DNA of 64,000 nt from TPA_inf: Saccharomyces (taxonomy: Eukaryota): NCBI GenBank assembly GCA_000146045.2, contig BK006941.2:704001-768000 (forward strand), given 5' to 3'. Each line of letters begins with the position of its first letter. Position 1 is the first letter of the stretch. A model generated the notes under the pieces. The model did no database searches. It saw nothing but the letters and a program-made list of their open reading frames with translations, and was not told the origin of the DNA. Position numbers and translations under genes: made by a program. Below, one piece after another: positions 22,974 through 32,661 of this stretch.

Positions 22974-23730
22974 ATGGGTAAAGGTAAGCCAAGAGGTTTG
23001 AACTCTGCTAGAAAGCTACGTGTCCACAGAAGAAACAAGTATGTTGACTATTTCAAAATTAAAAAAAACTATCAACCCCCTATTGTGATATCGTTTTAGG
23101 TGAAGGAAATGTTGTGAGCTCTGGAGTGATAAATTTATCAGTAACATATCCTGGCGCAAATCAGTTTGGAGAGGCTTAAAATGACACGTCACAGTGATAA
23201 AAAGTAATGAATAGTGAACGGTCAGCTTCGGCCATTCTTCCCAATCTATAGTGTGGAAAATAAACCTTTTCTTCCCAAAATAACTCAGAAAGTCACAGGA
23301 GGCCGTTTTTTACAACGGAATCATTTTTTTACTAACAGTTTTTTTTTATTATTATAGCCGTTGGGCCGAAAACAACTACAAGAAGAGATTGTTGGGTACT
23401 GCCTTCAAGTCTTCTCCATTCGGTGGTTCTTCTCATGCCAAGGGTATCGTCTTGGAAAAATTGGGTATCGAATCCAAGCAACCTAACTCTGCTATCAGAA
23501 AGTGTGTTAGAGTTCAATTAATCAAGAACGGTAAGAAGGTCACTGCTTTCGTTCCAAACGATGGTTGTTTGAACTTTGTCGACGAAAATGATGAAGTCTT
23601 GCTAGCAGGTTTCGGTAGAAAGGGTAAAGCTAAGGGTGATATTCCAGGTGTTAGATTCAAGGTCGTTAAGGTCTCTGGTGTCTCCTTGTTGGCTTTGTGG
23701 AAAGAAAAGAAGGAAAAGCCAAGATCATAA
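22974..23730 (+). CDS. RPS23A: Ribosomal protein uS12 (S23), 145 aa. Exon 1 is 22974-23038 and exon 2 is 23358-23730, separated by a 319-nt intron at 23039-23357.
   Basis: Exon 1 encodes [21 protein letters not shown] plus a split codon. The 5' splice site is GTATGT at 23039, the branch point TACTAAC is at 23330-23336, and the 3' splice site is TAG at 23355-23357. The spliced product continues ..[24 protein letters not shown].. in frame to the stop at 23730. Confidence 0.9.
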
Positions 23731-24045
23731 GCACGAAAGTTATCCTCTCGAGGACTACATTGTTTTTGTACCTTAATGTATCTCTTTATTCTTCCAGAAA
23801 GTTCCTTCTAATTTCTTATTAGGAATGGGAGAGAATCACATCAATATTTTCTCTTTAATAGAATGTATAATTCAATAGAAAAAAACAACATAATTTGCAC
23901 TTTATTTTGATGCTGAGAAAAGTTTTATAGTGAATGTCTGCTTCCCTTGGGTTGAAGTTCTGTTCATATACTAAGTTGGTTAATAATGCTATATATGTAA
24001 TAGATCGATCTTTATACAATTCAGTCATTGATTTAAGTAACCTGA

Positions 24046-25671
24046 TTACGTTTTATTTTTATATTTTTTTACAATTGCAGCATCTTTCTCTAAAACCTCA
24101 TTTAAATATGTTATACCGCGTTGTTGATTCGTCAGAATTTCCACTATCTTATTAATACGATCATTAGATTCTTCACCGGTGCCTTTGGACATGCTGTCTT
24201 GGTTTTTTGTATCGTCGTTGAAAACCATTAATTTACTATCTAATTGACTAGAAATGTTTTTAGCACGTTCTTTTAAGATAGCCAAACGTGCCCAAAGTTC
24301 GTTAGTCTTACCTAAACCTGCAGGATCTTCGCTCCGCTGTAGTAAAGTTTGGAATTGCGACCACATTTTCTCTTCTGCAATACCCAATGGCAGTCCTCTA
24401 TTTTTCAGGGTTGCCAATTGTGTGCCCAATTTTAAGATTCTTTTTTCAATTTCAACATTCCTTGATTGTGCCTTCAAAATTCTGGACGCAGTGTCCAATT
24501 CATGCTTTTGTTGCAATTGTGTGGATTTCTCTAAAATATGGTTCAAAATTATTCTAGCTTGGGCTACATTTTCAGTCTGTACTTGATTACGTTGATTCAA
24601 ACCCTCAAATCCATATATTTGAATGGGAATTGTCTGAGGGGAAGGTTTCTTTTCCATTGCCTGATCCCACTCTTCTTGAAGTACATGTCCTGGTTTTGTA
24701 TATAAAATGGCTTCCGTTTCGTTCACTTTATTGTACACGAAAGCCCTGAGTTTTGTTTTCGTTGTGTTTGGATCCCACGATTCTTTACATTTCAACACCT
24801 GTTCTTGAATTTGCTGCGGATAATTAGACAGCTGCTGTTGTTGAGCAATTGCTTGCGTTTGTTGCAACGGTACTTGAATTTGCTGCTGCTGCTGCTGCTG
24901 TAAATTAGATCCAGTTGAAGGCTTAGACCAAGCAAATGATGGTTGTGTGGATACCGTGTTTCCAAGTCCGGGCGCAGTGTTTGTTTGAGGCTGCTGGGAT
25001 TGGCCAAAAAGGCCACCTCCCCCAAGGGTATTGTTATTCTGGGTGCCGCTTCCAAACAGGCCACCATTAGTTGTTGATCCTTGTGGCTTACTGCCAAATA
25101 GGCCTCCCGTAGTCGCTGTAGTATTCTGAGGCTTTGCACCAAAAAGTCCGCCTGCATTCATGTTAGATGTGTTTTGAGTGCTATTGCCGCCCATCAGTGA
25201 GCCAGTGGATCCTACTTTATTACCAAATAAACCCCCACTTGTGGTACTATTGTTTTGTGCACTGTTGCCGAAAAGACCTCCCGTTGTGGTAGTTGGCTTG
25301 TTTCCAAATAACCCACCTCCAATGGTGGATTGTTGAGGTTGTGCTGTTTGTTGCCCAAATAAACCTGTTCCAGTAGCTGTAGTTCCTGAAGCGGTAGTGC
25401 TTGAACTTCCTAGGCTGCCAAGAGCAGGCTTATTACCGAAAAGGCCTCCACCTGTACTACTTTGTTGGTTACTTCCAAAAGTATTTGTGGCCTGATTTGC
25501 ACCAAACCCTCCGGTAGTAGCCGTCCCAGAATTTGGCTGGCTGCCCCCAAAACCAAATCCTGAAGCCGAAGGTTGAGTATTTGTATTGTTATTGTTTTGT
25601 CCAAATGAAAAACCGGTCGAACCAGCTGGTTTATTTCCGAACCCGTTATTACTACCGCTGAAACCAAACAT
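24046..25671 (-). CDS. NUP57: GLFG-repeat nucleoporin, 541 aa
   Basis: The N-terminal half is full of GLFG/GFG repeats (GGLFGNKP.., GGLFGQ..) and a poly-Q stretch. The C-terminal part is a coiled coil. Confidence 0.9.
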   Translation of the reverse strand: MFGFSGSNNGFGNKPAGSTGFSFGQNNNNTNTQPSASGFGFGGSQPNSGTATTGGFGANQATNTFGSNQQSSTGGGLFGNKPALGSLGSSSTTASGTTATGTGLFGQQTAQPQQSTIGGGLFGNKPTTTTGGLFGNSAQNNSTTSGGLFGNKVGSTGSLMGGNSTQNTSNMNAGGLFGAKPQNTTATTGGLFGSKPQGSTTNGGLFGSGTQNNNTLGGGGLFGQSQQPQTNTAPGLGNTVSTQPSFAWSKPSTGSNLQQQQQQQIQVPLQQTQAIAQQQQLSNYPQQIQEQVLKCKESWDPNTTKTKLRAFVYNKVNETEAILYTKPGHVLQEEWDQAMEKKPSPQTIPIQIYGFEGLNQRNQVQTENVAQARIILNHILEKSTQLQQKHELDTASRILKAQSRNVEIEKRILKLGTQLATLKNRGLPLGIAEEKMWSQFQTLLQRSEDPAGLGKTNELWARLAILKERAKNISSQLDSKLMVFNDDTKNQDSMSKGTGEESNDRINKIVEILTNQQRGITYLNEVLEKDAAIVKKYKNKT

Positions 25672-26032
25672 GTGATCAATTGGTCAACAAGGTATGTCTT
25701 TTGTTACTAACGAGCGTTTCTGGAATAGTTTGAACGGGATAATCCTCGATTTAGTCTTTCAGTCCCTTTGGCAAAAAGTTGTTTACATCGACTTGGAGAG
25801 TTGGACTTTTGCTTTTACTCATTTCAAGAAACAAAATTTTTGAAAATAATCCATTTCGCGTACGTTCAAAATGATATAATTACACATTGGCAACAATTAT
25901 TTAGATTATATCACGTAGCTATTGTACTATTTTCCTATGAGAGAACTGCTGTAGCCATGTGGGATGATCATGCGGGCAAAACTAAAATACTTATATCAGT
26001 CCACAATTGAAGTATGGAAAGTTTTCTCCCAA

Positions 26033-26860
26033 CTATGCCGTTTTTATAATGGAGACTAATGTCAAAGATAGGTTTTGCAGGCTTGATGGGTTTTCAAGAC
26101 ACTTTTCGGTCAAGATTTTCAGTGAGATTTGAAATTCTTGCAGAAGGTCTTGATAGTCATTGCGCAGATGATGAATATATGGTGAATTGGAATCAGCACA
26201 AGACTCCAATATTCGACGAGATGCCGTAATCAACTTATACAACTGCTCAATCAGGCCAGAGCAAATTTCTTCTTCTAATGGTTCTATACCGCACATTTCA
26301 TGGAGAGATTTACTCAATCTCTTTCCAAGTGAGAGCGCTTCTGTCAATTGTGAATGGTTACGCAGAGAGCCGTAAATCTCATCTAACTTCTTTAGGTATT
26401 CCAGGACATCCTTTATAATTTCTTGTGTATTGCTGATGTCATCCTTTATCAAATGATCTAATTGAGTCATAAATTTTTGAAGATCACTTTGTGTTTTCTC
26501 TAAATTTATTAGAGTTTCATTTTCTTCATCTGTATAGGTATTGGAAAAAGTCAGATAGTCGTCGTAGTTACTTCTTATTTGTTCTAATAATGTTTGTACC
26601 ATTTTTTGTGAAAGTCCAGACAAATCTCTAATAAGGGAATCGAGAGGAAGGTAATGGAAATTTTTCTGCACTAGGAATCTGTCGACATCAAAGTTATCAA
26701 CATCGGTCCCATTAGTCTCGGATTCACGATACTTCTCTATTTCTGTTGCGAATAACTCTTTCGATATTTCTGCGGTTACCGGTAAATCTAAGTCTAGTTC
26801 ATCATCATTCAAAAAGTCCATTTCGCCCTGAGAGAAATTGCGACTATGACTGTTGACCAT
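26033..26860 (-). CDS. COG2: Conserved oligomeric Golgi complex subunit 2 (Sec35), 275 aa from the first ATG
   Basis: ATG-to-stop ORF, MVNSHSRNFSQGEMDFLNDDELDLDLPV.. An internal Met at 26821 would give 262 aa; the longer ATG ORF is shown. Confidence 0.75.
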   Translation of the reverse strand: MVNSHSRNFSQGEMDFLNDDELDLDLPVTAEISKELFATEIEKYRESETNGTDVDNFDVDRFLVQKNFHYLPLDSLIRDLSGLSQKMVQTLLEQIRSNYDDYLTFSNTYTDEENETLINLEKTQSDLQKFMTQLDHLIKDDISNTQEIIKDVLEYLKKLDEIYGSLRNHSQLTEALSLGKRLSKSLHEMCGIEPLEEEICSGLIEQLYKLITASRRILESCADSNSPYIHHLRNDYQDLLQEFQISLKILTEKCLENPSSLQNLSLTLVSIIKTA

Positions 26861-27126
26861 TCCCTTTTCATATTATTTATTATTCTATATTTTTTCTAAG
26901 CTTCATTTTCTTGTCCTGTTGAAAATTCCATGAAATCGAGGTAAAGGCCCGAGCAATAATAATTTTAATTTAAATAAGGCACCCTCATAAAAACGGTCTT
27001 ACATCCCATTATACCTAAATACGTATTTTTTGGATCTAGAGTGTTAACTATTTCACGATTACCGGTTGGTGTACTCAAATAATTAAAATGTTGAGGACTA
27101 AGAGAGCCTATATTTTCTCGAGAACA

Positions 27127-27200
27127 TAGTCAAAAAGACTCCATGGCCAAGTTGGTTAAGGCGTGCGACTGTTAATCGCAAGATCGTGAGTTCAACCCTC
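27127..27200 (+). tRNA. tN(GUU)G: tRNA-Asn (anticodon GUU), 74 nt
   Basis: GACTCCATGGCCAAGTTGGTTAAGGCGTGCGACTGTTAATCGCAAGATCGTGAGTTCAACCCTCACTGGGGTCG. An A box and a B box (GTTCAACCC) are present, and a T6 terminator follows. Confidence 0.9.
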
Positions 27201-27448
27201 ACTGGGGTCGTTTTTTGCTTGAAATGAGCAACATTGGAGGAAGATTTGTGAAATCCTCCAGTTTTCTTTTTTTCCTCTAGGTTTTAACGAATGTGATAAA
27301 AGATAACTAAATAGGAGGGTCATTAAAATGCTAGGTAACGTATAAACAATGCACATCTATACATATATGAAGGTTTGAATAAGGAATAAATAACACGTGC
27401 TCATAAAAAATCAAGAGAGCCAAGCTGGAAACAAAATCAATAAACCGT

Positions 27449-28927
27449 TTACCTATTGGCAGGATCTTCTTGATGAATTGGTAGGATCTTTTCGGATTGA
27501 ATCATTTCTCCATTCCCATCCGAGGAACTATTAGTACCGCTACTGCTACGTTCAGCGGCCAAATGAGCGTTGTTCACCCGGTGATTTACATCAGAGCGTT
27601 GTGAATCTTCGTCTACACCCCATAGATAGTAATCTCTTCTCACTTCCACATAATCGTACGCAAATTCGCCAATTTGATCTTCGTCCATACCCGCCTCCTC
27701 TGCCTCTTCTGATATTCTTAGCCTCATACCGGGTATGTAGCCGAGCACAAAGCAGATTATTGCAGTTACAGCAGCAGTGTACCCAATGGATGCGGCAATG
27801 TAAGCGATCTGCTTATACATTTGCTTGTAATTGTGAGTTACCCAGCCGCCCTCGTGCTCTGTAGTGCCATCCATACCAATGACCCAGTCTGCTCCAAAAA
27901 GGGCATTGAAAATTAGTCCTATTACGCCTGCAACCCCGTGCTCAGCTAGAATGTCCATGGCATCATCTACTTTAGCGTAGTATTTCAACTTCGTCGCAAA
28001 GTTACACACTACCCCCGCCACAATGCCTTGAATAAGTGAACCGTAAAGGGTTATACAGCCTGAGCTTGGCGTTGCAGCCACCAGCCCAGAAATGATACCG
28101 GAGCACAGACCAACTGTCGACCATTTCTTCTCCGATCTGTAATCCAGAAGACACCACGTCATCCCACCAGTAATGGCACTGAGACATGTATTCATGAATG
28201 CATAAACTGACCTCAAATTTGGGGATAATGAGGATGCAGAATTAAATAGCAGCCAGCCAAACCACAGTATGGATGTGCCTAGAGTGACCAATGAAACATT
28301 ATGAGGCCTGAAATTTATCAGTAACTTTTCATTTCTTTTGCCCAAAAACCAAGAGTAAACAAACCCGGAAACAGCGCTTAATATTTCAATGTTGCCGCCG
28401 CCTGCCCAATCGAGGACTCCCCATTGGTATGCCCAACCACCTGGTGACCAAATCCAATACGTCACTGGACAATATCCAATGGTAGCTAGAATAAAGAGAA
28501 AAACCATGTGCGGTAGCAGCCTGCCTCTTTCGGCAGTGGCGCCAGCGATAATACTTAAGTTGACGCACGAAAACATCATTTGGAAGGTTGCATACGCGAG
28601 CTCAGGGTAGGCATCTTCATCGAATTTTTTTCCGTACACGTTTCTAAAGCCAAACGAATCTAGATTCCCAATGAATTTATTATTCGGAGCGGACTTTGAA
28701 AAAGCTAGAGAGTAACCCCAGAAATACCATTGCAGTATACCGACCAAAGTCGCCATTAATACAACCCAGATTAGTGCTAGTGCAGACTTCCTTCTTGCCA
28801 ATCCGGAGTACAAGAATCCCAATCCGGGCACCATAAAAAATACTAGGGCGGCACCTAATATCATGAAGGCCACAGTGGGGCCATCGTAGGTTTCAGTCGT
28901 TAAAGGCCCTGTAGTTCGACTCTCCAT
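27449..28927 (-). CDS. MEP1: Ammonium permease of the Amt/Mep family, 492 aa, multi-pass membrane protein
   Basis: Complete ORF with about 11 hydrophobic segments and Amt-family signatures. The 492-aa length and position fit MEP1. Confidence 0.85.
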   Translation of the reverse strand: MESRTTGPLTTETYDGPTVAFMILGAALVFFMVPGLGFLYSGLARRKSALALIWVVLMATLVGILQWYFWGYSLAFSKSAPNNKFIGNLDSFGFRNVYGKKFDEDAYPELAYATFQMMFSCVNLSIIAGATAERGRLLPHMVFLFILATIGYCPVTYWIWSPGGWAYQWGVLDWAGGGNIEILSAVSGFVYSWFLGKRNEKLLINFRPHNVSLVTLGTSILWFGWLLFNSASSLSPNLRSVYAFMNTCLSAITGGMTWCLLDYRSEKKWSTVGLCSGIISGLVAATPSSGCITLYGSLIQGIVAGVVCNFATKLKYYAKVDDAMDILAEHGVAGVIGLIFNALFGADWVIGMDGTTEHEGGWVTHNYKQMYKQIAYIAASIGYTAAVTAIICFVLGYIPGMRLRISEEAEEAGMDEDQIGEFAYDYVEVRRDYYLWGVDEDSQRSDVNHRVNNAHLAAERSSSGTNSSSDGNGEMIQSEKILPIHQEDPANR

Positions 28928-29234
28928 AGTTTCTACAGTATAAGAATCCGTACTGCAGTTATGTTTACTAAAATAATTCTCTGATCATAAGCCTAAACAA
29001 GTTACAAGAGCGCCTATATAAATAAACTACCTTTTAAGTATCTTATTCTGGAACTGCATTATCGACTGGTAAGCAGAAGGTGCTATAGAAGCCTACACCA
29101 CTTTTCCGATTTTTTTTTTTTTTTTTTTTCAGGAAAAACATCTTCCATCAATACTTTGTCATTTCTTTCTTCTTCTCTTCTGTGCTTACATAGCCATAAG
29201 ATGTCACACAAGGGTGTCTGTAGCAATTGTGAAT

Positions 29235-29246
29235 CTTATCGTTATC
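29235..29246 (-). promoter_or_regulatory. Tandem GATAA motifs about 310 bp upstream of MEP1; candidate Gln3/Gat1 nitrogen-catabolite-repression sites
   Basis: The plus strand reads CTTATCGTTATC, which is GATAACGATAAG on the MEP1 coding strand. MEP genes are GATA-factor regulated. Confidence 0.45.
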
Positions 29247-29934
29247 GCAATCTCTGAGATGTCTCATCCAATAAGAGGGGCGCGTGTCCGCAGAGATAAG
29301 CAACCAGGGCCTTTTCTTTTGCACTCAGCCTGACAAAGGGAGGGGAGGCGCAAAACAAAGTTCGTGGCAAAGGACAACCGTAGAAGAGCATCGCCATGTT
29401 GATTTTGAAGAATGTCAAGACACAAGTACAAGTTATGGATGTGCATCGCAAAGGGAAAAAGGGGAGTGGGGGAAAGAAATACGTTTGTCCCTAAGTGCTC
29501 TTATGCTCCCTTTTGTGCTTCAGAGGTTCTTGATCAATTATTAAGAGGGGATAACTCTATCGTATATAACTTTTATCTTAAAAATGGTTCAGGTAGTGTT
29601 TATATAGGCTCAGTCTTTCTTATCTGAAAAAAAACAGTACGGGATTTTTTGTGCGCTCGAATAGTGCCGAACTCAATTACGGGCTGTGGTAACACTTGAG
29701 ATCTTGTCTTCCCTTACAAATAGCTCTAGGGGTGTTGCATGTAGCCGCAGTAACATCTTGAAGAAGTGTACACTTTTGAGGGGACGCCATTGTGTTACGT
29801 TCTATGTATTGAATAGTATAGTTTTCAATTTTCCTGCGCTGACGTAAACCGGCTGTAAGAAAAAACGTATAATCGAGAACTGGTTATTCAAAGGTTGAAC
29901 TTTAAAGTGAAAAGTAGCTCTAACAAAATAAATC

Positions 29935-31143
29935 ATGCGTGAGAATGCAATGTCTACAAAGAAACTTCCCTATAAATTATCTGGCAGCAGCAAAATAACA
30001 ACTTCCATACCTAATGATTTAATCATACTGCGAAATAATTGCATAAATTCACTGAACAGTTCCTCGTCCAAAGCTGACAGCATTACATGTATAGATACGT
30101 GGCTAAAATACACAGAGGGTTTGTTAACCCACAGGTACGAAGCTAATAATGACGCCGCTCTCATTGAAGAGGAGATAGCGATTGCGTTAATCAATGTTGC
30201 CGTATTTTATCAAGACATCGGTATTGAAACATTGTACAGAGCTTATGAATCTTCACAAGCGTCAAATAACTTATGGACAACAAGCGGGACCTATCTAAAG
30301 AGAGGTCTAGGCTTAATCTGCTTTCTTGGAAAGAATTTTCAAATAAACACAGCTAATGATTGCCAAAAGATGCAGGTTCTCAACGTCCTTAATCAGCTAT
30401 CATTAGAGTTTCAATTGCTGCAACAACTAGGGATTGTCGTTTTAGCACTGTCTAAACTAAGATCAAAAATCAGCAAGGATGCTGTTGCGGACCTTGAGCC
30501 TCAAGAATTGGAAGAGCTAGGCAAGTCCAGTGTCTTTTACGCTAAGCTTTGTATTGGATCTTATAGCACTGCTTCGCAATGCCAAGGAGGCCGTATAGTG
30601 GACGCATTATTTATGAATTATTTACAGAGTTTGACCTATCTCTTCCTATCAATCAACCAATACAACAATGATGAGTGCGGAATTGCCATTGGGATGCTCC
30701 AAGAATCGATCAAAAAACTGTTAAATATAGTACCCAATTCGCAACTAAAAGAGTTGGACATTTTATCCTCAACCGATATTACAAAGAAGAGGGATCTTAT
30801 AAAGATGTCGTTTAAAAGGAAAATACATGGGTCTACTTTAAAAAACCAACGGATATTTGAGAAGAAGGTGCCATTTTCATCCAAAGCGTACATGATGCCG
30901 TTATTGAAATCTTCATTAGACGATTTTGTTATCCCACTAACGATACTGTTAAGGTACAGATACCAGACAACCAATGAGAATTATTCCTTCAAAACGGTTG
31001 AAACCGACGTTTCTAAATTGAAGGAGCTTTTCCCCAGGGGAAAATCGTCAGATATTGAAGGCACTGTATGGAGTTTCCAAGATGGACATCTTACATTTGC
31101 AGACTCAAATAATGCAACCCACAATTGCGGTAATTATTTTTGA
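29935..31143 (+). CDS. YGR122W: Protein of 402 aa whose function I recall only vaguely (Rim101-pathway related), so the functional label is uncertain
   Basis: Complete ATG-to-stop ORF of 402 aa lying between MEP1 and PPT1. Confidence 0.75.
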   Translation: MRENAMSTKKLPYKLSGSSKITTSIPNDLIILRNNCINSLNSSSSKADSITCIDTWLKYTEGLLTHRYEANNDAALIEEEIAIALINVAVFYQDIGIETLYRAYESSQASNNLWTTSGTYLKRGLGLICFLGKNFQINTANDCQKMQVLNVLNQLSLEFQLLQQLGIVVLALSKLRSKISKDAVADLEPQELEELGKSSVFYAKLCIGSYSTASQCQGGRIVDALFMNYLQSLTYLFLSINQYNNDECGIAIGMLQESIKKLLNIVPNSQLKELDILSSTDITKKRDLIKMSFKRKIHGSTLKNQRIFEKKVPFSSKAYMMPLLKSSLDDFVIPLTILLRYRYQTTNENYSFKTVETDVSKLKELFPRGKSSDIEGTVWSFQDGHLTFADSNNATHNCGNYF

Positions 31144-31322
31144 ATTGAATCAAACGCCGTTCGAACGTAGAGGTCAATAGTCTATATGAATAATATTTTT
31201 AAGGTCTACTCTACTATGAATTTTGCATAAAAATATACACATGTTAGAATAAGGAAACCACTATCTACTAATCACGGCTAACCACTGCAAACAATGGCAT
31301 TATTTACTAATATAATTATGTG

Positions 31323-31400
31323 TGTTGGAGTGAGAATCAATTATAGTCTACCGATCTGGTGCTCTTGTCAGCAGTATATTATTTTTGAGAAGAACTTTCC
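31323..31400 (+). repeat. Short 5' fragment of a delta-like LTR (TGTTGGAGTGAGAATCAATTATAG...CAGTATATTAT)
   Basis: Resembles the delta 5' terminus TGTTGGAATAGAAATCAACTATC..AGTATATTATCAT. It is truncated and its boundaries are approximate. Confidence 0.35.
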
Positions 31401-31541
31401 TTTTTTTTTTATGTATACGTAATGATCAGAATTTTTTAATAAAGATGTACTTCAAAAGCTTTTTTTAATATTCATAGTAGAATTTAGTGAATAATTTGAT
31501 AATTGTTGGGCTTCCATTGTTGGTAAAGGCTATTATATTAG

Positions 31542-31910
31542 TTTTGGAATAAAAATTCAACTATCGTCTATCAACTAGTAGTCATACTACCAGTATATTA
31601 TCATATACGGTGTTAGATGGTGACATAGGTTATGAGAAGCTGTCATCGAAGTTAGAGGAAGCTGAAGTGCAAGGATTGATAATGTAATAGGATAATGAAA
31701 CATATAAAACCGAATGAGAAATAATCGTAATTGTATTACATAGGGACACCAATTCCATTTTGAGGATTCCTATATCCTCGAGGAGAACTTTTAGTATATT
31801 TTCTGTACTAATATTATAGCTTTTACCGATAATTGAATCCTAACAGTAATCTCAAAATTCACCAATTTCCCACAACTATCGCAAAATTCACCCATATTCC
31901 AATCTTGTGC
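31542..31910 (+). repeat. Solo delta (Ty1/Ty2-family LTR) with a duplicated 3' terminus
   Basis: Begins ..TTGGAATAAAAATTCAACTATCGTCTATCAACTAG..ATATTATCATATACGGTGTTAGA.. Its core GAAGCTGAAGTGCAAGGATTGATAATGTAATAGGATAATGAA matches delta consensus. The 3' end AAAATTCACCAATTTCCCA is repeated as AAAATTCACCCATATTCCA. Confidence 0.6.
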
Positions 31911-31981
31911 GCTTCATGGCGATTATTTCATTATGTTTGGTTAATAAAATAAACATAATCTTGCATTAGAGATAGTTAAGT

Positions 31982-32322
31982 TGTTGTATCTCAAAATGAG
32001 ATACGTCAGTATGACAATACGTCATCCTAAACGTTCATAAAACACATATGAAACAACCTTATAACAAAACGAACAACATGAGACAAAACCCGTCCTTCCC
32101 TAGCTGAACTACCCAAAAGTATAAATGCCTGAACAATTAGTTTAGATCCGAGATTCCGCGCTTCCACCACTTAGTATGATTCATATTTTATATAATATAT
32201 AAGATAAGTAACATTCCGTGAATTAATCTGATAAACTGTTTTGACAACTGGTTACTTCCCTAAGACTGTTTATATTAGGATTGTCAAGACACTCCGGTAT
32301 TACTCGAGCCCGTAATTCAACA
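31982..32322 (+). repeat. Solo sigma (Ty3 LTR), about 341 bp, diverged from the two full-element LTRs; lies 17 bp upstream of tRNA-Arg
   Basis: TGTTGTATCTCAAAATGAGATACGTCAG...CGTAATTCAACA. It differs from the LTRs at 3195 and 8206 by several substitutions and a 1-nt indel. Confidence 0.9.
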
Positions 32323-32339
32323 CAAGTGTAATTTCAATA

Positions 32340-32411
32340 GCTCGCGTGGCGTAATGGCAACGCGTCTGACTTCTAATCAGAAGATTATGGGTTCGACCCC
32401 CATCGTGAGTG
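32340..32411 (+). tRNA. tR(UCU)G2: tRNA-Arg (anticodon UCU), 72 nt
   Basis: GCTCGCGTGGCGTAATGGCAACGCGTCTGACTTCTAATCAGAAGATTATGGGTTCGACCCCCATCGTGAGTG. A box and B box (GGTTCGACCCC) are present, and a T7 terminator follows. The G2 suffix is recalled from memory. Confidence 0.9.
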
Positions 32412-32661
32412 TTGTTTTTTTAAATAATTTCCTGGCTGAAGGGAATAATGTTGTTCAACAACGAAGATATTTCTTATTTTTCTAAGAGGTATTATGATAT
32501 GATACATGACAATAAACATTATGAAATTTTTTGTGAAAGATGTATAAATTTATAAAAAAAAAAAAAAAGTTACTTCCTCCACTTCGTTAGCTCATATTAG
32601 TTTCTTTTATTCCCAGACTTTCTGCTTTTGATAATAATCTAGCAAAATAGAAAAGGCATGA

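Noticed and set aside
24057-24067. ARS consensus-like match TTTTATATTTT, and similar matches in other AT-rich intergenic regions
   Set aside because: 11-bp ACS matches are expected by chance in about 30% GC intergenic DNA. Without B-element context or replication data I cannot support an origin call.
26821-26860. Alternative shorter COG2 start at the internal ATG at 26821, giving 262 aa
   Set aside because: The upstream ATG at 26860 is in frame with no intervening stop, so the longer 275-aa ORF is the parsimonious call. Either start is possible without 5'-end data.
28386-28610. ORFs at 28386-28568 (minus) and 28389-28610 (plus) within MEP1
   Set aside because: Alternative-frame ORFs inside a well-supported membrane-transporter CDS with no independent support.
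29242-29627. Small ORFs in the MEP1-YGR122W intergenic region, possibly a dubious YGR121W-A-type ORF
   Set aside because: At 60-86 aa they overlap on both strands in promoter DNA and have no recognisable features.
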